From Pseudomonadota bacterium (GTDB lineage Bacteria; Pseudomonadota; Gammaproteobacteria; Poriferisulfidales; JAYYZZ01), in the NCBI GenBank assembly GCA_036687665.1, contig JAYYZZ010000003.1:132129-196128 (forward strand): a stretch of 64,000 bases of DNA. Reading direction: 5' to 3'. Positions 58,734 to 64,000 of the stretch are shown here, piece after piece. Under the pieces are notes generated by a model, which ran no database searches, had not been told where the DNA came from, and saw only the letters and a list, made by a program, of their open reading frames with translations. A program made the position numbers and the translations under genes. Position 1 is the stretch's first letter; every line of letters starts with the position of its first letter.

Positions 58734-59114
58734 GTGGTGCTAACTTTATTAAAAGCTAAATTACACAAAGCCGAAGTAACACATTCTGAGCTTGAATATG
58801 AAGGGTCGTGCGCAATTGATGCAAAGCTACTAAAAGCTGCAAACATAATCCCCTATGAGAAAATTGATATCTATAATCTTACAAATGGTGAGAGATTTTC
58901 TACATATGCAATTGAGGCTGAACAAGGAAGCCGCATAGTTTCTGTAAACGGTGCTGCTGCCCATAAAGCTCAGCCAGGACACCAGCTTATAATAGCTGCT
59001 TATACACAACTTACAGCAAGTGAAGCTCTGAATTTTAAGCCCACCTTAGTTTACCTTGAAGCGCGAAATGAAATTAAGCGCGTAGTCCATTCAATACCTG
59101 TGCAAGCTGCCTGA
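58734..59114 (+). CDS. panD: Aspartate 1-decarboxylase proenzyme
   Basis: [25 protein letters not shown], with the Gly-Ser self-cleavage site. GTG start after an AAGGAAGG SD. Confidence 0.95.
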   Translation: MVLTLLKAKLHKAEVTHSELEYEGSCAIDAKLLKAANIIPYEKIDIYNLTNGERFSTYAIEAEQGSRIVSVNGAAAHKAQPGHQLIIAAYTQLTASEALNFKPTLVYLEARNEIKRVVHSIPVQAA

Positions 59115-59115
59115 G

Positions 59116-60708
59116 TTGAAGATAACTAAAATAAAAAAAAATTGGGAAGATTTAACGCAACACGCATCTAAGATTAAAAAATTGCATATGCGTGACATGT
59201 TTCAGCAAGACCCCGCACGTTTTGAAAAATTTTCTGTTGAATTAGACGGATTGTTGTTTGATTACTCAAGAAATATAATCGATGAAAAAGCAATCTCTAT
59301 ATTGTGCGATATTGCAGAAAGCTGCAATTTAACAAAAGCACGCACCGCTTTATTTTCTGGAGAAAAGATTAATTCTACTGAAAATCGAGCTGCCCTTCAT
59401 ACTGCTTGCAGACAGAAAACCGACGACCCTGTTATCCTAGATGGCGCTAATGTGCTTCCAGAAATAAGAGAGACTCTTGCAAAGATGCGGAAGTTTTGTG
59501 AAGACGTTCATTCTGGAAAAATTTGTGGTTCGCAAGGCGATCCCTTTACTGATGTTGTACATATCGGAATTGGTGGCTCAAGCCTAGGCCCGCAAATGGC
59601 ATGTGAGGCTCTTAGCAAATTTCACTCTTCGGATATCCAGATACATTTTGTTACTAATCTTGATACAAGTAACATCGATTCTGTATTGGAGGCGCTTGAT
59701 GCTAAAAAAACTTTATTTCTGATTGCATCGAAGACATTTACAACGCAAGAAACAATGGCAAACACATCTTTAGCAAAAAAATGGTTGTTATCTAATTTAC
59801 CCGACTCGGAAATGATAAAAAAACACTTCATTGCAATAACATGTAATTATGAAAACGCACAAAAAAATGGAATCTCGAAGGAAAATATTTTCAAATCTTG
59901 GGATTGGATAGGGGGGCGTTACTCTATTTGGTCAGTTTTTGGTCTTCCTGTGGCACTTTTTGTTGGAATGAATAATTTTGAAAAAATGTTGAAAGGAGCA
60001 TATGCAATGGATCAGCATTTTTTAAATGCTAAGTTTTCTGAAAATATACCAGTGTTGTCAGCAGTTTTAGGTGTATGGTATATAAAGTACTTTAAGGCAC
60101 AAACACACGCAGTACTTCCTTATAATTATTTATTAAGATTGCTCCCAAAGTATCTACAGCAGTTAGATATGGAGAGCAATGGTAAGTCAGTTTGCAAAGA
60201 TGGTAAAAAAAATACAGAACAGACAGCACCAATAATTTGGGGCGATTCGGGAATTGAAGCACAGCATGCTTTCTATCAGCTAATACACCAAAGTAATCAC
60301 CTCATCCCCATTGATTTTCTTATTTCTGTAGAGGCAGACGGAAGACCGGACCATCATAGACTGTTGGTCTCGCACTGTTTTGCACAGACACAAGCTTTAA
60401 CTCAGGGGACAGGTCCGACAGGGAGCAGTGAGCCAACTTATAAGCAGCTCGAGGGAAATAAACCATCGAACACTTTTTTTTTCCAAACCCTAGATCCTTA
60501 TCATTTGGGATTAATACTAGCGTTGTACGAGCATAAAATTTTTACTCAGGGCGTTATCTGGGATGTAAACTCATTTGATCAGTGGGGAGTTGAGTTAGGT
60601 AAAGAACTTGTTGCAGGAATTGAAGCAGAGCTAGATCAAGAAACGAGTGAGGCTAAAAGCGACTTCTCAACAAAAGGGTTGATAGATTATTATAGAAAAC
60701 ACCGCTAA
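59116..60708 (+). CDS. pgi: Glucose-6-phosphate isomerase
   Basis: IGIGGSSLGP, SKTFTTQET and ESNGK motifs. TTG start. Confidence 0.95.
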   Translation: MKITKIKKNWEDLTQHASKIKKLHMRDMFQQDPARFEKFSVELDGLLFDYSRNIIDEKAISILCDIAESCNLTKARTALFSGEKINSTENRAALHTACRQKTDDPVILDGANVLPEIRETLAKMRKFCEDVHSGKICGSQGDPFTDVVHIGIGGSSLGPQMACEALSKFHSSDIQIHFVTNLDTSNIDSVLEALDAKKTLFLIASKTFTTQETMANTSLAKKWLLSNLPDSEMIKKHFIAITCNYENAQKNGISKENIFKSWDWIGGRYSIWSVFGLPVALFVGMNNFEKMLKGAYAMDQHFLNAKFSENIPVLSAVLGVWYIKYFKAQTHAVLPYNYLLRLLPKYLQQLDMESNGKSVCKDGKKNTEQTAPIIWGDSGIEAQHAFYQLIHQSNHLIPIDFLISVEADGRPDHHRLLVSHCFAQTQALTQGTGPTGSSEPTYKQLEGNKPSNTFFFQTLDPYHLGLILALYEHKIFTQGVIWDVNSFDQWGVELGKELVAGIEAELDQETSEAKSDFSTKGLIDYYRKHR

Positions 60709-61799
60709 TCTCTTGTGATGTGTTTTTCTAGAGCCCACAACACATGTTCACGCACGATCTCAGACTTATGGTTTACTTTATTTTGAAGGGCTCCAATAAC
60801 ATTTTCTGTAGATGGTGCATTCCCAAGAGCAACAGCTATGTTGCGCAGCCAACCCTCATAACCCACCCTCCTTATAGCCGAACCCTCAGTTCTTTTTAAA
60901 AATATCTCTTTGTTCCATGAAAAGAGTTTTACTAAAGTTGTTCTATCTAGCTTGTCTCTCACCATAAAGTCGCTCAAAGTAGTTTTTTTTGCATATTTAT
61001 TCCAAGGGCAAACAAGCTGGCAGTCATCACAGCCAAATATCCTATTTCCGATCGCAGTTCTGTATTTTTCAGGAATTGAGCTTTTAAGCTCAATGGTTAG
61101 GTATGAGATACATTTTCTAGCGTCTAACTCATAAGGAGCGACTATAGCGTTTGTAGGACATACGTCTATGCATGCTTTGCATGTTCCGCAAAGGTTTTTT
61201 TCCATTTTTACGTCAAGTGGTAGGGGTAAATTAGTATAGAGCTCACCTAAAAAAAACCACGAGCCATGAACTTTATTAATTAAGTTTGTATGTTTACCAA
61301 CCCATCCTAAGCCAGATTTTGCAGCAAATGCTTTTTCTAAAACAGGAGCACTATCTACAAATATACGGTATCCAAATGTTTCGACTTCCTTCTTTATCTT
61401 AGCTGCAAGTTTTTTTAGCCTGTTTCGTATTACTTTGTGGTAATCACGGCCAAGCGCATATCTGGAAATGAAAGCTAAGTCTTGATTATCTAAAATGTCA
61501 TTGCTGTCTGCACACATTTCTGGCATGTAATTCATGCGTAATGAGATCACACGCACTGTTCCTGGCACCAACTCTTCAGGGCGGCTTCTTTTACTTCCAT
61601 GTTTTTCCATATAGCTCATTTTTCCGTGATATTTTTTTTGTAACCAAGCAGTTAAATATTGCTCCTCTTTACCAAGGCTTGTATCAGTTATACCTATCTG
61701 CTGGAAGCCAAGCTCAGCACCCCACTGTCTAATTTGCTTAGCTAATTGGTGTAAATTTTTGACGGGGATGTCTATTCGATGCATTATTTCAGTATTCAT
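60705..61799 (-). CDS. queG: Epoxyqueuosine reductase
   Basis: CGTCKACIDVCP and CDDCQLVCPWN Fe-S motifs, with C-terminal HEAT-like repeats. Confidence 0.92.
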   Translation of the reverse strand: MNTEIMHRIDIPVKNLHQLAKQIRQWGAELGFQQIGITDTSLGKEEQYLTAWLQKKYHGKMSYMEKHGSKRSRPEELVPGTVRVISLRMNYMPEMCADSNDILDNQDLAFISRYALGRDYHKVIRNRLKKLAAKIKKEVETFGYRIFVDSAPVLEKAFAAKSGLGWVGKHTNLINKVHGSWFFLGELYTNLPLPLDVKMEKNLCGTCKACIDVCPTNAIVAPYELDARKCISYLTIELKSSIPEKYRTAIGNRIFGCDDCQLVCPWNKYAKKTTLSDFMVRDKLDRTTLVKLFSWNKEIFLKRTEGSAIRRVGYEGWLRNIAVALGNAPSTENVIGALQNKVNHKSEIVREHVLWALEKHITRD

Positions 61800-61828
61800 T
61801 TATTTAGTTTTATCACAAGTTTAAACAA

Positions 61829-63616
61829 ATGTGTGGAATTGCTGGCAAACTTAGATTTAGGGGATCAAATCACGACATTACTACGGTGCAGTCCATGGTG
61901 TCAAAGCTGCAACGTAGAGGGCCGGACTATGACGGTATTTTTTCCGATGAAAAGATTACACTAGGGCATGCGCGCTTATCCATTATAGATTTAACTTCGA
62001 ATTCCAATCAGCCCATGCATGACAAAGAACTAGGATTAGTTTTAGTTTTTAATGGGTGTATATATAACTACAAAGCCCTACGCAAAACGCTCGAGATGCG
62101 AGGATATAATTTTTTCTCTTCAGGAGACAGCGAAGTGATTTTGAAAGCCTACCATGCTTGGGGTAAAGATTGCGTTGAACATTTCGATGGGATTTTTGCT
62201 TTTGCTGTCTGGGATTTGCAATCACACTCCCTTTTCTTGGCAAGGGATAGGTTAGGTATTAAGCCGTTATATTATACTATTACAAAAAATGCTTTTTATT
62301 TCGCGTCAACAATGCAAGCATTGTTGGCATCTGGTGATGTTGACCTCGGGTTTGATGAGGTTGCTTTACACCATCATCTAACTTTACATGCAGTGGTACC
62401 AGCACCAAGAACAATATTAAAAAAAGTACGTAAACTTGCGCCAGCCCAGCATATTCAGGTTTCTAAGGAAGGTAAACTGAAAATAAAAAACTACTGGGAG
62501 TTAGAAAATAATAAAGTTAAGGAACCTTTTAGCGCAGAAGAATGGGTCCACAGGGTCCATGAGCTTCTTCTCGATTCGATAAAGAAACGCACAGATGTGG
62601 CTGATGTGCCAGTAGGTGTTTTACTGTCGGGGGGGCTCGATTCAAGCTTGTTAGTAGCATTGTTATCTAAGCTAGGATACACAGGATTGCAAACTTTTAG
62701 CATTGGTTTTGAGAAACAGCCAGAAGAAGCTGGCGATGAATTTTGTTATTCAGATAAAATTGCTGATTTTTTTGGGACTACGCATAAAAGATTCTTTATA
62801 GATGACAGTTCTCTTGTTGAAAGATTACCTGAAGCCGTGCTCCACATGTCTGAGCCTATGGTAGCTCAAGATGCCATAGCTTTTTATTTATTAGCTGAGC
62901 AGGTATCAAAAGATATAAAGGTAGTTCAAAGCGGACAAGGAGCAGATGAAGTGTTTGCGGGTTATTTTTGGCACCAAAAGCTACATCAAACATCCAAAGA
63001 TGAATTACAAGTATTCAAACAACACTACTTCGACCGCTCTCACCAAGAAATTCAATCTGCTTTATGCCCTAATTACTTGAGTCGTGATTTTACTTCCGAG
63101 TTAGTGTCGAGCTTACTTGATAAGAAAAATGGTGAAGATTTCATTGATACTTTTTTGCGTGCAGATATTACAACCTTCATTGTTGATGACCCAATCAAGC
63201 GTATTGATAATATGACAATGGCCTGGGGCTTAGAGGCACGAGTACCTTTCCTAGATATTGATCTTGTAAAAACAGCAATACAAATCCCTGCAGAGATAAA
63301 ATTAAAGGAAGGCGGAAAATATCCGCTGAGAGCAATAGCACGTGATTTGCTGCCAAATGAAGTTATTGATAGACCAAAAGGATATTTCCCTGTGCCTGCC
63401 TTAAAATATCCGCGCGGAGTTTTTCTTAATTTAATGCAAGAAATACTTACTTCAAAAGCATGCAAAGAAAGAGGTTTATTTGAATACGCCTACATAGAAA
63501 AGTTGATGAACAATCCTGAGAAATACACAACACCTATAGAAGGCAACAAATTATGGCATATGGCGTTACTAGAATTATGGTTGCAGTCAAATCTAGATAG
63601 TCTAATATCCAGATAG
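61829..63616 (+). CDS. Asparagine synthase (glutamine-hydrolysing), AsnB/AsnO family
   Basis: The MCGIAG Ntn nucleophile and the LLSGGLDSS PP-loop. Confidence 0.9.
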   Translation: MCGIAGKLRFRGSNHDITTVQSMVSKLQRRGPDYDGIFSDEKITLGHARLSIIDLTSNSNQPMHDKELGLVLVFNGCIYNYKALRKTLEMRGYNFFSSGDSEVILKAYHAWGKDCVEHFDGIFAFAVWDLQSHSLFLARDRLGIKPLYYTITKNAFYFASTMQALLASGDVDLGFDEVALHHHLTLHAVVPAPRTILKKVRKLAPAQHIQVSKEGKLKIKNYWELENNKVKEPFSAEEWVHRVHELLLDSIKKRTDVADVPVGVLLSGGLDSSLLVALLSKLGYTGLQTFSIGFEKQPEEAGDEFCYSDKIADFFGTTHKRFFIDDSSLVERLPEAVLHMSEPMVAQDAIAFYLLAEQVSKDIKVVQSGQGADEVFAGYFWHQKLHQTSKDELQVFKQHYFDRSHQEIQSALCPNYLSRDFTSELVSSLLDKKNGEDFIDTFLRADITTFIVDDPIKRIDNMTMAWGLEARVPFLDIDLVKTAIQIPAEIKLKEGGKYPLRAIARDLLPNEVIDRPKGYFPVPALKYPRGVFLNLMQEILTSKACKERGLFEYAYIEKLMNNPEKYTTPIEGNKLWHMALLELWLQSNLDSLISR

Positions 63617-63693
63617 ATATATAGCTAATGGATGATTTGAGATATATATACAGTGTTTTATCTTTTTCACAACAAATATAGAGAGGTCTAAAG

Positions 63694-64000
63694 ATGGATG
63701 TGATGGAACGAATACGAGAACACGTAGAAAAAAATCCTGTAGTGCTTTTCATGAAGGGTACGCCCCAAATGCCTCAGTGTGGGTTTTCAAGCCGAGCAGT
63801 TGAAGCACTTAAGCAATGTGGTAAAGAATTTGCTTACGTGAATGTGCTATTAGACCCCGAGATTTTTCAAAACTTGCCACAGTATGCAGATTGGCCAACT
63901 TTTCCACAGCTTTATATTAATGGAGAGCTGGTGGGGGGATGTGATATTACTGTAGAGATGCATGAGAAAGGTGAATTGCAAAAACTGGTTGATGGCGCAG
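63694..64000 (+). CDS. grxD: Monothiol glutaredoxin Grx4/GrxD (3' end cut by the window)
   Basis: VVLFMKGTPQMPQCGFS motif and WPTFPQLYINGELVGGCDI. Confidence 0.9.
   Translation, partial: MDVMERIREHVEKNPVVLFMKGTPQMPQCGFSSRAVEALKQCGKEFAYVNVLLDPEIFQNLPQYADWPTFPQLYINGELVGGCDITVEMHEKGELQKLVDGA

Overview
This is an AT-rich, very gene-dense chromosomal segment. I call about 70 protein genes and 4 tRNAs. I saw no rRNA, CRISPR array, transposase, integrase or phage genes. All family assignments come from motifs read in the supplied translations; no database search was run and GC content was not computed. The gene order matches that known from Pseudomonas-like Gammaproteobacteria: xseB-ispA-dxs; mreBCD divergent from gatCAB; hemA-prfA-prmC divergent from TPR-lolB-ispE-tRNA-Gln-prs-ctc-pth-ychF; rpsP-rimM-trmD-rplS; and pcnB-folK-dNK-panBCD-pgi. 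I therefore infer a streamlined low-GC gammaproteobacterium. Most of the window is housekeeping. Four loci look non-routine. (1) At 45.7-51.3 kb a periplasmic redox island is split into two divergent arms by a near-consensus Fur box that lies on two overlapping promoters. One arm has a porin, an FMN_bind protein with an SGAT flavinylation motif and a 2-TM PepSY-type protein, next to a lipoprotein ApbE. The other arm has a 97-aa CxxxCxxC protein, a ceruloplasmin-like two-domain multicopper oxidase and a cytochrome c5. No iron permease is visible. (2) At 10.2-12.7 kb there is a rubredoxin-less rubrerythrin, a 2x[4Fe-4S]/CCG-domain protein and a DUF3501-like protein. (3) At 42.3-44.2 kb an overlapping lexA-dinB operon has a candidate operator that is a direct repeat, TGAGAAC-N4-TGAGAAC (GAAC-N7-GAAC, the alphaproteobacterial type), rather than the gamma-type CTGT-N8-ACAG. 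(4) At 36.6-38.2 kb there is a divergent DUF2182/DUF1326 Cys-motif pair. Smaller oddities are a ProRS without the INS editing domain, a cytochrome c gene whose stop overlaps the rpsP start, several convergent genes that overlap at their 3' ends, and a few unexplained repeats and hairpins.
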